Made by a program: the position numbers and the translations under genes
In this document: positions 47,048-57,521 of the stretch, in pieces
How positions within the stretch are numbered: position 1 is the first letter of the stretch
Layout of the letters: the number at the start of each line of letters is the position of its first letter
The notes under the pieces: model-generated
What the model saw: the letters and a program-made list of their open reading frames with translations, nothing else
What the model was told of the DNA's origin: nothing
The model's database searches: none
From: an uncultured Acidobacteriaceae bacterium
Lineage (GTDB): Bacteria; Acidobacteriota; Terriglobia; Terriglobales; Acidobacteriaceae
Length of the DNA: 64,000 nt
Direction: 5' to 3'
Assembly (NCBI GenBank): GCA_963795845.1
Contig: CAWCJV010000017.1
Coordinates: 62,872 to 126,871, forward strand

Positions 47048-48607
47048 TCAGGCGAGAGTGACTTTGAAGGTGACGCCGATGTCAGACAGGTTCGCTGCTG
47101 CCGGCATGCGTACCTGCAAGCCCTGCTTGTCCTGTTTCCATCGCAGCTTGTCATGGAATCCCAGCAATTCCACATTAAGAATCTTGCCCGGTTCCTGGGG
47201 ACTATTTGTTGCCAGCGATTGGATGGTGAACTCCCCTGCAGGTGTTCCCATGACGTAGGCATAGAGGAACTTGCCCTTGGTGGTAAAGCGCACATCCTGA
47301 GCTGTCAAACCGGGCTGCTTGCTCTCGTTAAATCCGGTTTTGGGAACCACCACTTCGGTCGATGGTCCGGCGCCATTGATCTTCCACGGGCGAGACCCGT
47401 AAATGCCTTCACTGTTGACCTTCATCCACGCGGTGATGCCCTCGAGCACCTTCATCTCCTCGGCATCCAACTCGCCGCTGTTGGGCAAGGGGAAGTTCAG
47501 CAGCAGGTTTCCGTTCTTGCTGACGATGTCGACCAGCAGATCAATCACCTTCTTCGGCGTCTTGTATACCTGCCCGCGCTTGTAGTGCCAGTCTCCGATG
47601 CAAGTGTCGGTCTGCCAAGCGGTGGTGGAAATGGCGTCGGAAACGCCGCGCTCGTGGTCGACAATGCAGGTGCCCACGGAGCAGTCGCCGGCGACCTTGC
47701 TGCAATAGACTGCTTCGACCTTGCCGTTATGCTGGGCGGCGCTCACGTTATAAACCTCAGCCACGGTGGCCAATCCGTATTCCTCAAAGGGAATGCCGCC
47801 ATCGGTGTAGAGCAGGTCGGGCTGATGCTGGTCGACTAGGTCTTTTATGCGGTTGAAGTACTGCATCTTCCAATCGTCGGGTGCAACGCGCCCCATCGCC
47901 TTCGCGGTTTGAGCAAAGTCGTGCGGCATCTGGGTGTAGCTGTGGTAAAGATCGGCAAAATACGGATTGGTGCCGTCGTAGGAAACTCCGGCCAGTGGAC
48001 CCTTGGTGTCACTGGTATGCGCTGGCGCCAGCCAGTCAAAGCTGTTGGAAAGGTGTTCGCTCACTCCGAACCGCAATCCACGCTTGCGCGCCGCCTCCTT
48101 GTAAAGGCCGACGATGTCGCGCATCGGCCCAACCGCAGTCGCATTCCAGCGCGGCTGGTACTTCGAGTTCCACATATCGTAATTGTCATGGTGCACGCCC
48201 ATGCTCACGAAGTACTTGGCCCCGGCTTTCACGTACAGGTCCATCAAATGTTCCGGATCCCACTTGTCTCCCTTGAACAGAGGGATCAAGTCTTTGTAGC
48301 CTGTTTTGGAGGGATGCCCGTAGGTCTTGAGGTGGTACTCGTACTGGGGAGTCCCCTGGATATACATGTTCCGGGCGAACCAATCGCCGTCCTCGACACC
48401 CGACTGCGGTCCCCAGTGCGACCAGATGCCGAACTTTGCGTCGCGGAACCAGTCGGGAACAGTGTAGGTATCAAGCGATGCACGCGTCGCCTGAAAGGGT
48501 CCAGAAGTGATGGGAAGCGCGGCCGCCTGACCGAAAGCGCCCCTGGTCTGAGCCCAGGCTGCCGAATAGCCGAGCAATTTAAGTGTGTCGCGCCGGGTAA
48601 ACCGCAT
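47048..48607 (-). CDS. alpha-L-fucosidase, GH29, Tat signal
   Basis: The Tat signal is MRFTRRDTLKLLG. GH29 motifs are WFRDAKFGIWSHWGP, GAKYFVSMGVHHDNYDMWNS and RFGVSEH. Confidence 0.8.
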   Translation of the reverse strand: MRFTRRDTLKLLGYSAAWAQTRGAFGQAAALPITSGPFQATRASLDTYTVPDWFRDAKFGIWSHWGPQSGVEDGDWFARNMYIQGTPQYEYHLKTYGHPSKTGYKDLIPLFKGDKWDPEHLMDLYVKAGAKYFVSMGVHHDNYDMWNSKYQPRWNATAVGPMRDIVGLYKEAARKRGLRFGVSEHLSNSFDWLAPAHTSDTKGPLAGVSYDGTNPYFADLYHSYTQMPHDFAQTAKAMGRVAPDDWKMQYFNRIKDLVDQHQPDLLYTDGGIPFEEYGLATVAEVYNVSAAQHNGKVEAVYCSKVAGDCSVGTCIVDHERGVSDAISTTAWQTDTCIGDWHYKRGQVYKTPKKVIDLLVDIVSKNGNLLLNFPLPNSGELDAEEMKVLEGITAWMKVNSEGIYGSRPWKINGAGPSTEVVVPKTGFNESKQPGLTAQDVRFTTKGKFLYAYVMGTPAGEFTIQSLATNSPQEPGKILNVELLGFHDKLRWKQDKQGLQVRMPAAANLSDIGVTFKVTLA

Positions 48608-48755
48608 GCAGAATTGCCACCCCATTCCTGCTGGTCAATATGTTTGCTTTAAGAACGAAGCAACAATCTGTCCGTCCCATGGTTATATCTATGCCAGGGA
48701 CCATTATCAACCCGGTCCATGGGCACGCCAAAAATTCAAACTTTGAGAGGACACG

Positions 48756-50363
48756 ATGGGAGTCAGCAGAAGAGAGTTCTTACATCGCGTAGGGCGGGCA
48801 GGCGGATACAGCGCGGCATTCCTGGTCATGCAGGGTATGGGCCTCATGGAAGCGCAAGCCGGGATGGCCGGAGGGGCTGTTTCGGCAGAGCCGGGAGCCG
48901 GCAAAGGGGTGAAGATCGTGATCCTGGGCGCGGGCATTGCAGGCCTGGTCTCGGCATACGAGCTGCGCGCTCTGGGATACGAGTGCACGCTTCTGGAATG
49001 CAGGCAAAGACCTGGCGGAAGAAACTGGACAGTGCGCGGTGGGGACCGGGTGACCTTTCTCGACGGCACCACGCAGACCTGCACCTGGGACAAGGGGAAC
49101 TACCAAAACTTTGGCCCCGCCCGCCTTCCGTCTGTCCACAAAACGATGTTGGGCTACTGCGAGAAGCTGGGAGTACCTCTCGAAGTGGAAGTGAATATGA
49201 CCCGCTCCGCCTTCCTGCAAAACGATAAGGCAAACGGCGGAAAACCGGTGCTGCTGCGGCAAGCAGAAAACGACACCCGGGGCCACGTGAGCGAACTGTT
49301 GGAAAAAGCCGTCAACCAAGGTTTTCTGGAGCAGGACATATCGAAAGAAGACCGGCAGCGCATGCTGGATTTCCTACGCACTTACGGCCCCCTGGACGAC
49401 ACCGGCAAATACGTCGGCAGCGATCGTGCGGGATACTCAAAGACGGCGGGAGCCGGCGACCAGACCGGCGTGTTGAGCGCGCCGATCGACATGCATACCC
49501 TGCTGGACGAAAACTTCTGGCAGTACATGCTTTTCGATGAACAATTCGATATGCAGGCCACCATGTTTCAGCCTGTGGGTGGCATGGACCGCATTCCGTA
49601 TGCCTTCGCCAAGGCGCTCGGAGACGTGGTGAAGTACGACGCACCGGTCACTGAGATCCGCAAGACCTCCAAGGGAGTCAAAGTCGGCTACACCAGCCAT
49701 GGATCAGCGAAAACAATCGAGGCCGACTACTGCATCTGCGCCATGCCTCTCACGATTTTGAAGAGGACACCCAACGACTTCAGCGCGCCATACAAAAAAG
49801 TAATCGACCAATGCTCGTATGCCAGCGCCTACAAGATTGCCTGGGAGAGCCGGCGCTTCTGGGAGCAGGATTACAACATCTTTGGCGGCCTGGAGTTCGT
49901 CAGCGAAGGTTGCAGCCCCATCTGGTTTCCTTCGGCCGGCATGTTTACGCCCAGAGGGGTCCTGGTCAGCGGATATACCGATGAGGGGCACTCCAACATC
50001 AAAGATCTACCGCTGGCACAGAAATTGGAAGAAAGCCGCAAGTCGGTAGAGCGGTTGCATCCCGGGCACGGCAAGGAATTGGAAAAGCCGATGTACGTAA
50101 CCTGGGGCCAGATCCCCGACAACGAAGGCTCGTGGATACGAGCCTATGGTCCGGGCCAGGAACGCTGGTCCAGCTTTTCCCAAACCGCTCCCCATACCAA
50201 TCCCGGTTACGAAACCCTGATTGAACCGGATGGGCCCATTATTTTCGCGGGCGACCATGTGAGCCACATCGTTGCGTGGCAAGAGGGAGCGGCACTGAGC
50301 GCGCTGCGCGCGGTAGCACAGGTCAACGACAAGGTGAAGGCCGCAAAATTGGCCAACGGTTGA
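48756..50363 (+). CDS. FAD-dependent amine oxidase (flavin monoamine / L-amino-acid oxidase family), Tat signal
   Basis: The Tat signal is VSRREFLHRVG. The dinucleotide-binding motif is VKIVILGAGIAGLVSAYEL..LECRQRPGGR. The C-terminus is FAGDHVS. Confidence 0.8.
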   Translation: MGVSRREFLHRVGRAGGYSAAFLVMQGMGLMEAQAGMAGGAVSAEPGAGKGVKIVILGAGIAGLVSAYELRALGYECTLLECRQRPGGRNWTVRGGDRVTFLDGTTQTCTWDKGNYQNFGPARLPSVHKTMLGYCEKLGVPLEVEVNMTRSAFLQNDKANGGKPVLLRQAENDTRGHVSELLEKAVNQGFLEQDISKEDRQRMLDFLRTYGPLDDTGKYVGSDRAGYSKTAGAGDQTGVLSAPIDMHTLLDENFWQYMLFDEQFDMQATMFQPVGGMDRIPYAFAKALGDVVKYDAPVTEIRKTSKGVKVGYTSHGSAKTIEADYCICAMPLTILKRTPNDFSAPYKKVIDQCSYASAYKIAWESRRFWEQDYNIFGGLEFVSEGCSPIWFPSAGMFTPRGVLVSGYTDEGHSNIKDLPLAQKLEESRKSVERLHPGHGKELEKPMYVTWGQIPDNEGSWIRAYGPGQERWSSFSQTAPHTNPGYETLIEPDGPIIFAGDHVSHIVAWQEGAALSALRAVAQVNDKVKAAKLANG

Positions 50364-50430
50364 CCCCTAACCCGCATTTCTCACCCGTCATTCGTGACGG
50401 AACAAGCCGTGAGAAATGCCGGGTTAGGGG
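50364..50430. terminator. compound hairpin between convergent genes (bidirectional terminator candidate)
   Basis: The outer stem pairs cccctaacccgcatttctcac with gtgagaaatgccgggttagggg (one bulge). It encloses a perfect inner hairpin, ccgtca-ttcg-tgacgg (50385-50400). Confidence 0.65.
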
Positions 50431-50505
50431 CCGAGGAACGCCGAGGCGCCATCGGGTGCACACCAGCGATAGCGCCATTCCGGTTTTCCGCCAGCTTGCC
50501 AATGC

Positions 50506-52137
50506 TCAGGGGTGCTGCCATCCATCCAGTCGACCGGTTTTGCGGCCAGAGCCGCCAGCCGCTGCGATTTTGAATGCGTCGCGCAACGCAGCCTGATGCT
50601 CTGCGCCGCGTGCCGGCGGTCCTGGAGAGACCATTGTGACTGCTCCGCTACGGGCCAGCACATCCAGATACTGCCGGTTGAGCTCCCACGGGATCGCATC
50701 GGTGATGCCAACCAGATCGGGATCGACGGTGAAAAAGGTTCCATTCTGCGGCAAGCGAAAACTGAGAGTGTTTATGCCCATGCGCCGGGTGCGCTCCCAC
50801 TGCCGTCCGCTGGTATCGTCTCCCGTGCGCTGCAGATCGAAGATGCCCTGGCTTAGATGGCCTATTGTGTTACACCCCTCCAGCAGCGCCCGCTCGCCGG
50901 CCGCCTGGCGCAACATAGCGTAGAGCTCGGCGATCACTTCCGCATTGGTCTTGCTTTTGTCGTGAAGCGACCAGCCGGGCAGCGTCGGCTGCGGCCCCAT
51001 CTCGAAGCCCCACTGGCCCAGCAGTTCGTAGGTGGAGAAGTCATGTTTCACCATCTCGTAGCCCCAGCCGACTGCCTGGAGCATCTTGGCGCGAATCTTT
51101 TCCGCTGCCTCCGGGATCGTCGGATCGTAGGCAAACTCGCGAGCCCGTTCCTTCTTCTCCCCGAATCGCGAACCAGGTAACAACAGGCCTGGTGTGGCGG
51201 CCGGTGGCGCCTGGAGCGGGCGGATCCAGATCCCCGGCCGCGCGGTGCGCTGCTTGATCTGGTCCGCGAGCTTGCCCATGTCTGGCCAAGCCGGCGGCCC
51301 TTTCGACCAGCCGTCGTCGATGACCGAAAACGGTCGCACTCCGCCGCTGGGCGAGAGACTGACGATGAAGTCGGTGTCGCGCAGGATCGTCTCCGCGGTG
51401 CTTTGCCCATAGCTGTAGTTCCAGTCGTTGGCCCCATAAATCGGCACCGTGGGCCGTGAGGGACGGGCACACATGGCGCGGCACAAACCGGTTACTGCCT
51501 CCACCGCGTTCTCGCCTTCACTGCCACGGCGGGAGACCACGATGGCCATGTTCAACTTGCGCGAGCCCAGTTCCACTCCGTCGCCACCGTTGGTTACATT
51601 CAGCCACAGCGACACGCCTTCCGGATCAAGCTGCCAGAAACACAGGGCAGCGGCGCCGGTCTTGACTCCGTAACCGTGGCAAGCCACTCCATCGTAGGTG
51701 GCGAAGTACCACGGCATCACCCGTTCCGGTATCAGGTCGCGCCAGCCCAGCTCTCCATAGCTACGCTCCCAGGCATCACCCAAAGCGCGGAGCCCGGGGT
51801 GCGCCTGCGATTGCCAGCGCACATGCACCACCGCAACCGGGGTGGATGGCGCAGTGAGGGACAGCGCCAACGCATCCTTTGACAGTCCGCACTCGATGGC
51901 AACGTCGCCGCCCTGCCATTGCGTACCAGACGGCCGGAGCGCGATCCTGCCCGCGGGCAGGGTTTTCGAAAAACTTCCGTAGGCGGTCACGCTGTCGGGG
52001 GCGCGCAGCAGTTCGATGAATGACGTAGCCCTTGACGTCCGTTGACCGGCAGCCGGCCTTACAGCCATGCCTCCCAGCGAAGCGGCTCCCGCCTGCAGAA
52101 ACGACCGGCGTGTTAGCGGTTCACTCGTACGCTCCAT
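50506..52137 (-). CDS. clan GH-D (GH36/GH27-like) alpha-galactosidase-like glycoside hydrolase, Tat signal
   Basis: The Tat signal is TRRSFLQAGAASLGG. The motifs FSVIDDGW, YEMVKHDFS and LQRTGDDTS resemble the melibiase DDGW / K.D / DD pattern. The family assignment is tentative. Confidence 0.55.
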   Translation of the reverse strand: MERTSEPLTRRSFLQAGAASLGGMAVRPAAGQRTSRATSFIELLRAPDSVTAYGSFSKTLPAGRIALRPSGTQWQGGDVAIECGLSKDALALSLTAPSTPVAVVHVRWQSQAHPGLRALGDAWERSYGELGWRDLIPERVMPWYFATYDGVACHGYGVKTGAAALCFWQLDPEGVSLWLNVTNGGDGVELGSRKLNMAIVVSRRGSEGENAVEAVTGLCRAMCARPSRPTVPIYGANDWNYSYGQSTAETILRDTDFIVSLSPSGGVRPFSVIDDGWSKGPPAWPDMGKLADQIKQRTARPGIWIRPLQAPPAATPGLLLPGSRFGEKKERAREFAYDPTIPEAAEKIRAKMLQAVGWGYEMVKHDFSTYELLGQWGFEMGPQPTLPGWSLHDKSKTNAEVIAELYAMLRQAAGERALLEGCNTIGHLSQGIFDLQRTGDDTSGRQWERTRRMGINTLSFRLPQNGTFFTVDPDLVGITDAIPWELNRQYLDVLARSGAVTMVSPGPPARGAEHQAALRDAFKIAAAGGSGRKTGRLDGWQHP

Positions 52138-52158
52138 GACGGAAGCATACAACTCCCG

Positions 52159-52791
52159 CTACGACTGCAGTGCGAACGTGATGATCAAGGCTTTTGAGGG
52201 CTTGTCTTCGTGACTGCGATACAGACGGTTGGTGCTGCGATCGATCCAGACACTATCTTCCGTCTCCAGCACCTCGGTCCGGCTCTCTGTCCAGACGACC
52301 ATTGGACCTTCGATGACGTAGACCAGCTCCAGGCCTGGCGACGACGGGGGGTTAAAAGCACCGCCTTCGACCCCGGGCAAAAAATGCGCGATACACGGAA
52401 CAACGTTGCGATCGGGAATCAGGACACTCATGCTTTCGGAAAGGAGAAAGGGATCCGCTTTTTCACCCACCGGCAGGCGTATGCGGTCCTTCGCTCGAGA
52501 AATGCGGAAGAGTGCGTCTGTCTCCTCGCTCAGGAAGTAGGAGAAATCCTTGTTGAACACCAGTGCGATGCGCGCAAGATTCCTGAGGGTGGGCACCACG
52601 CGGCCTGTCTCCAACTGCGAGAGAAAACTCGCCGATAGGCCAACCTGTTGTCCAAGCTCGACCAAACCCATGGAACGCTTCAATCGGAGCCTGCGTATTT
52701 TTTCCCCGATATTTTTCGCTTCGATCGAAGCCTCTACCGTTGATTCGTCTACCGTGTCGATCGGCGCGTTGCTCTTGTCCTTCTTGACCAT
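52159..52791 (-). CDS. XRE-family HTH transcriptional regulator with C-terminal cupin domain
   Basis: The HTH is IGEKIRRLRLKRSMGLVELGQQVGLSASFLSQLETGR. The C-terminal beta-barrel cupin-like region contains ..ELVYVIEG... The ATG at 52791 is preferred to the TTG at 52803. Confidence 0.8.
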   Translation of the reverse strand: MVKKDKSNAPIDTVDESTVEASIEAKNIGEKIRRLRLKRSMGLVELGQQVGLSASFLSQLETGRVVPTLRNLARIALVFNKDFSYFLSEETDALFRISRAKDRIRLPVGEKADPFLLSESMSVLIPDRNVVPCIAHFLPGVEGGAFNPPSSPGLELVYVIEGPMVVWTESRTEVLETEDSVWIDRSTNRLYRSHEDKPSKALIITFALQS

Positions 52792-52795
52792 CGTC

Positions 52796-53179
52796 TCAGG
52801 CAACCGAGATGGATTCGAGGGTTGCTATCGCCGACTTGTCATGGCGGCCGGGGTCAATTTCCAGTTCCAGGGACAACACGGCGGAGAGGTCGACCGAATA
52901 GTCTTCCACTTCGATTGCAGAGCCGCCGGGACTGAATGTCCACTGCTGGCGAACGATCTCTCTCCTCGGGTGGGCGGCTGAACTCGCAAAAATGGCAAAC
53001 TCCTGCGCCCTCTCCCTGTGCTGCTCTCGAAATTCGAGGCGAATCTTCCGGATGGACTGCGGCTCATCGAAGTTCAGCCGAATCAACTGCGGTCCTGGAT
53101 CGGCAGCTCGCCATCCCCCTCCACCCCGCAAAGCGTTTTCAAAGGGATGCTGCCGGGTCTTCGGAGGATATCTCTGCAC
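52796..53179 (-). CDS. hypothetical protein (possibly galactose-binding-domain-like)
   Basis: A 127-aa ORF lying tightly upstream of the regulator (4-nt gap). It has no firm motif. The call rests on position and coding-like composition. Confidence 0.4.
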   Translation of the reverse strand: MQRYPPKTRQHPFENALRGGGGWRAADPGPQLIRLNFDEPQSIRKIRLEFREQHRERAQEFAIFASSAAHPRREIVRQQWTFSPGGSAIEVEDYSVDLSAVLSLELEIDPGRHDKSAIATLESISVA

Positions 53180-53327
53180 TAGTAATTTGCTCTAAATCGA
53201 GCCATCCGCCGGAAGATGGGGAAACGGCAGAAGCGTGGGCAAGCGGGACAACGGATTTGCGCATGGAAAACCTCCCTCCATCTGATGCACATAAGGCTGG
53301 CTTGGACAACGATGTTAACCTTACTCG

Positions 53328-54293
53328 ATGAAGGTGCTGATCACCGGTGGCGCGGGATTTCTCGGAAGCAGGCTGGCGCGTACTCTCCTTTCCCGCGGAC
53401 ACCTCTCGGGGCAGCCGCTGACCCAGCTGGTGCTGGCCGACCTGGCGCCCCCCGCGGCTGACGTGGCGGGCGATCCACGGGTGAGCGCCTGGACCGGCGC
53501 CTTGCTCGATCAATGCAAGGCCGTGGGCGGGGAAGCGTTCGACACAGTCTTCCACCTCGCCTCAGCGGTCTCAGCAGAATGCGAGGCCGACCTGGACCTC
53601 GGGCTCCGCTCCAATGTGGACACCACGCGTGCCCTGATCGATGGTTTACGCGGCGGGGGCAAGGCGCGGCTTGTTTTCTCCAGTTCGGTGGCCGTTTTCG
53701 GTGGCGATGCCGATTACCCGTTGCCCCGGATCATCCATGACGATACGTTGCCCGTTCCGCAGACCTCCTACGGCATTCAGAAGTTTGTTTGCGAGCAATT
53801 GATTGCGGACTACTCCCGGCGCGGCTTGCTCGACGGCCGGTGCGCGCGACTGATGACGGTGACGGTGCGCCCCGGCCGCCCTAACGCTGCAGCGTCTGGA
53901 TTTCTCTCCTCCATCATCCGTGAGCCTTTAAATGGCCAGGATGCGGTGTGCCCGGTGCCTACCAATACCCTGGTGGCCCTGGCTTCGCCCCAACGCACCA
54001 TCGAAGGGCTGCTAAAAGCCGCGGAGGCTACGCCCGATGAATGGGGCAGCCGGACCGCTTTGAACCTGCCCGCGCTTACGGTACGCGTCAGCGAAATGCT
54101 CGATGCACTGGAAGTCGCGGCCGGCCGAGCTACCAGAGACCGGGTGCACTTCCAACCAGACCCGACCATCTCCAGGATGATGTTGGGGTGGCCCGCCAGC
54201 TTCGAAAGCGCGCGAGCACGCCGGCTCGGTCTTTCTCCCGACCCCGATTTCCTCTCCATTGTCCGGCAGTTTCAAAAAGAGCAGGCGGGTTAG
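53328..54293 (+). CDS. denD: NAD-dependent epimerase/dehydratase-family dehydrogenase, candidate D-erythronate 2-dehydrogenase
   Basis: The N-terminus is MKVLITGGAGFLGSRL and a YxxxK motif (SYGIQK) is present. The specific function is inferred from its position ahead of otnK-otnC-otnI. Confidence 0.6.
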   Translation: MKVLITGGAGFLGSRLARTLLSRGHLSGQPLTQLVLADLAPPAADVAGDPRVSAWTGALLDQCKAVGGEAFDTVFHLASAVSAECEADLDLGLRSNVDTTRALIDGLRGGGKARLVFSSSVAVFGGDADYPLPRIIHDDTLPVPQTSYGIQKFVCEQLIADYSRRGLLDGRCARLMTVTVRPGRPNAAASGFLSSIIREPLNGQDAVCPVPTNTLVALASPQRTIEGLLKAAEATPDEWGSRTALNLPALTVRVSEMLDALEVAAGRATRDRVHFQPDPTISRMMLGWPASFESARARRLGLSPDPDFLSIVRQFQKEQAG

Positions 54294-54295
54294 CA

Positions 54296-55546
54296 TTGAC
54301 CGTCCTGGGCTGCATCGCCGATGACTTTACCGGCGCGACTGACCTGGCCAACAACCTGGTTCGCGCGGGAATGCGGGTGGTGCTCACCGTGGATGTTCCC
54401 ACCCAGGCCGACCCGATCGATGCGGATGCTGTGGTGGTCGCGCTCAAGTCGCGGACGGTGCCTGCTGCCAAAGCGGTGGAACAGTCTCTGCGCGCCTGCC
54501 GTTGGCTGCGCCGCCAGGGCGCCCGCCAGATCTATTTCAAAATCTGCTCTACCTTCGACTCTACCGCGGCCGGCAATATCGGCCCGGTGATCGAAGCGTT
54601 GATGGATGAATTGAATTGCGGGTTCAGCATCGCGACCCCGGCCTTTCCAGAGACCGGGCGAACGGTAGTCCATGGACATCTGTTTCTGGGTGACACTCTG
54701 CTATCCGACAGCGGCATGCGCCATCATCCGCTCACGCCCATGACCGATGCCAACCTGGTGCGGGTGTTGCAGGCACAACTCGATCCGGCGAAGGGCCGCA
54801 AGGTTGGGCTGATCGACTACCACACGGTTTCCCAGTCGGAGCAGGCCATCCAACAGCGGATGCGCGAACTGCAGGACAAGGGCATTGCCATTGCGATTGT
54901 CGACGCGCTGAACGATGAGGATCTGGGCCGACTGGGCGAAGCGCTGCGCGGCGCGGCGTTTCTCACCGCCGGATCGGGGTTAGGCAGCACCTTGCCCCAC
55001 AACTGGGGTTTCACACCGGCGAATCGGGCGGATCTGCCGCCCGCGCGGGGGCTCAAAGCCATCCTTGCCGGCAGCTGCTCGGTGGCGACCAACGCCCAGG
55101 TGCAGCACTTCATTCGCGACGGGGGCGAAGCTTACGCGTTACGGCCCGAGCAGGGCGCTGATCTCGAACTGCAAGTTGCCCAGGCGCTGGCGTGGGCCGA
55201 TGCCGCGTGGCGAAGCGAAGCCGGACTTCCCCTGCTCGTCTACTCGACTGCGGAGCCGGGGCACGTGAGGGCGGAGAACGCAGCCATGGTCGAGCAGGTG
55301 ATGGCGGCGCTGGCGCGCGCCTTCGTGCAGCGCGGTGTTGGCTGCCTGGTGGTCGCCGGAGGCGAGACCTCCGGCATTTGTGTGCAGGCTCTCAACATCC
55401 GGCAAATGAAAATTGGCCCGCAGATTGATCCAGGGGTACCGTGGTGCTACGCCACCTCCGCGGAGGGTGGACTCCACCTTGCCTTGAAATCCGGCAACTT
55501 CGGATCGCCGGACTTTTTCTGCAAAGCCTTTGCCTTCGTGGCATGA
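54296..55546 (+). CDS. otnK: four-carbon acid-sugar kinase (DUF1537 family), candidate 3-oxo-tetronate kinase
   Basis: A TTG start gives (M)TVLGCIADDFTGATDLAN, the characteristic DUF1537 N-terminus. The C-terminal nucleotide-binding half contains VVAGGETSG. Confidence 0.75.
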   Translation: MTVLGCIADDFTGATDLANNLVRAGMRVVLTVDVPTQADPIDADAVVVALKSRTVPAAKAVEQSLRACRWLRRQGARQIYFKICSTFDSTAAGNIGPVIEALMDELNCGFSIATPAFPETGRTVVHGHLFLGDTLLSDSGMRHHPLTPMTDANLVRVLQAQLDPAKGRKVGLIDYHTVSQSEQAIQQRMRELQDKGIAIAIVDALNDEDLGRLGEALRGAAFLTAGSGLGSTLPHNWGFTPANRADLPPARGLKAILAGSCSVATNAQVQHFIRDGGEAYALRPEQGADLELQVAQALAWADAAWRSEAGLPLLVYSTAEPGHVRAENAAMVEQVMAALARAFVQRGVGCLVVAGGETSGICVQALNIRQMKIGPQIDPGVPWCYATSAEGGLHLALKSGNFGSPDFFCKAFAFVA

Positions 55547-56205
55547 CCATGAACGAGTTAGAACTAAGGCAGGAGATCTGTCGGGTAGGCCGCTCTCTCT
55601 TCGAGCGCGGCTATATTCATTCGACTGCGGGGAACATCAGCGTTCGCCTGCCCGATGGCTTTCTTATCACGCCCACAGAAGCTTGCCTGGGATTTCTCAA
55701 GCCTGAGGCTCTCTCCAAGGTCGGAACCGATGGGGTACAGATCAGCGGTGACCGGGCCAGCAAGACGCTGACGCTGCATCGCCGTATTTACGCGGCGGAT
55801 CCTGATGCCGGTTGCGTGATCCACACCCATTCCACCCACCTGGTTGCGTTGACGCTGGCCGGGGTTTGGAAGAAGGAGGATATCCTTCCTCCACTAACTC
55901 CTTATTACGTCATGAAGGTTGGCCACGTGCCGCTGATTGAGTATTACCGGCCCGGCGACGCTACTGTGGGCGACCTGGTGGCCCAAACGATCGAGCGGAT
56001 GCGCAACCAGGCAACACCGATCCGGGCTGTCATGCTTGACCGGTTGGGACCCAATGTTTGGCACACCACGCCGGCAGCAGCCATGGCGGCGCTCGAAGAA
56101 CTGGAAGAAACCGCACGGCTCTGGCTGCTCACTGGCCGCAAGCCGGAACCACTCACACCCAAGCAGATCGACGAACTGCGCCAGCAATTTGGCGCGTCGT
56201 GGTAG
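55543..56205 (+). CDS. otnC: class II aldolase/adducin-family protein, candidate 3-oxo-tetronate 4-phosphate decarboxylase
   Basis: It reads [34 protein letters not shown] and has the metal ligands IHTHSTH. The ATGA overlaps the otnK stop (55543-55546). Confidence 0.7.
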   Translation: MTMNELELRQEICRVGRSLFERGYIHSTAGNISVRLPDGFLITPTEACLGFLKPEALSKVGTDGVQISGDRASKTLTLHRRIYAADPDAGCVIHTHSTHLVALTLAGVWKKEDILPPLTPYYVMKVGHVPLIEYYRPGDATVGDLVAQTIERMRNQATPIRAVMLDRLGPNVWHTTPAAAMAALEELEETARLWLLTGRKPEPLTPKQIDELRQQFGASW

Positions 56206-56225
56206 GAACCGAAGGTAAAGACTCT

Positions 56226-57005
56226 ATGCTGCGCTTCGCCGCGAACCTCAGTTTTTTGTATGGGGAACATGCCTTCCCTGACCGTTTTGCTGCTGCCGCG
56301 AGAGACGGCTTCACGGCGGTTGAGTACCTGTTTCCTTACGAGTATCCCGCGCAGCAAGTGGCTTCATGGTTGCAGACCCATGGCTTGGCACAGGTGCTGT
56401 TCAACGCGCCGCCGGGAGATTGGGCGGCGGGCGATCGCGGCATCGCGAGCTTGCCGGGCAGAGAGGCTGAGTTTCGCGCGAGCATCCAAACCGCGCTTGC
56501 TTATGCGCAGACACTCAGGTGTCCGCGCGTGCACGTAATGGCGGGTCTGCAGCCTGTTGGTGTCGAGCGCGCCTCCATGCGGAGCGTTTTTGTTGCGAAT
56601 CTTGCATGGGCCACCGAGCAAGCATCCTCTGCGGGAATCGAATTGTTGATCGAACCGATCAACACCAGGGATATGCCCGGGTATTTTCTAAACCGTCAGG
56701 ATGAGGCGCACGCGATTGTCGACGAGATAGGCAGCTCTACGCTGAAGGTGCAGATGGATCTGTATCACTGTCAGATCGTAGAAGGCGACGTCAGCATGAA
56801 GCTGCGCAAGTACCTAGGGAAGAATGTAGGCCATTTACAAGTCGCCAGTGTGCCCGATCGCAACGAGCCTGACCGAGGCGAGCTCAATTACGATTACGTG
56901 TTTGGGGTGATTGAGGAGCTTGGGTACGAAGGCTGGATCGGATGTGAATACCGGCCGAAAGCGGGAACTTCCGAGGGGTTGGGGTGGCTGAAGAAACGAC
57001 GGTAA
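56226..57005 (+). CDS. otnI: hydroxypyruvate-isomerase-like TIM barrel, candidate 2-oxo-tetronate isomerase
   Basis: Motifs are [39 protein letters not shown] and IGCEYRP. Confidence 0.7.
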   Translation: MLRFAANLSFLYGEHAFPDRFAAAARDGFTAVEYLFPYEYPAQQVASWLQTHGLAQVLFNAPPGDWAAGDRGIASLPGREAEFRASIQTALAYAQTLRCPRVHVMAGLQPVGVERASMRSVFVANLAWATEQASSAGIELLIEPINTRDMPGYFLNRQDEAHAIVDEIGSSTLKVQMDLYHCQIVEGDVSMKLRKYLGKNVGHLQVASVPDRNEPDRGELNYDYVFGVIEELGYEGWIGCEYRPKAGTSEGLGWLKKRR

Positions 57006-57111
57006 CGGTAGCGGGACGGTAACAGGTAAGCCCTTCTGGGCTCGCGCTGTCTTTGAAATGAGTCCCGCAGGGACACTCTTTCGGTTCAACAACCACTCTT
57101 TATGAACCACT

Positions 57112-57431
57112 GCCCTCTCCTTTTTGTCATCCCGAGCTGGAAGCCGGATTTCCTAGCTCGATGCGCTCACCGCGCTACTTATGTGGTTCTCTTTAAAGAG
57201 AACCACGTGTTCGTTGAACGAACGCCGCAGCTCTCGAAAGGAAATCTGGGGAAGCCGAAGGAGCTGCGGTGCGCCATTCCCTGTGCCCCTCCTCTACCGT
57301 GCTCCAACTTCCGCCTGTCATCACCGAATCTTTATGGAGACCCCTTCCCTCTCTCATTCCGAGTTTTCCAGGAGTGGTCCGCGGAACTGCGGGATCCCTC
57401 GGCTTCGCTCGGGATGACAAAAGGAGAGGGT
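57112..57431. repeat. ~320-bp element bounded by a perfect 25-bp inverted repeat containing the 'gggatgacaa' box
   Basis: ccctctcctttttgtcatcccgagc (about 57113-57137) is the exact reverse complement of gctcgggatgacaaaaggagaggg (about 57407-57431). The interior contains the perfect palindrome gtggttctctttaaagagaaccac (57183-57206). Confidence 0.8.
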
Positions 57432-57521
57432 TTTCGCAAAGAAACAGCGGTTGCTGGATGAAACGGCGGATGCTGAGCTAAGGCTTTTTCAAATCTAATT
57501 GGACAGGTCTTCCCTGGACGG

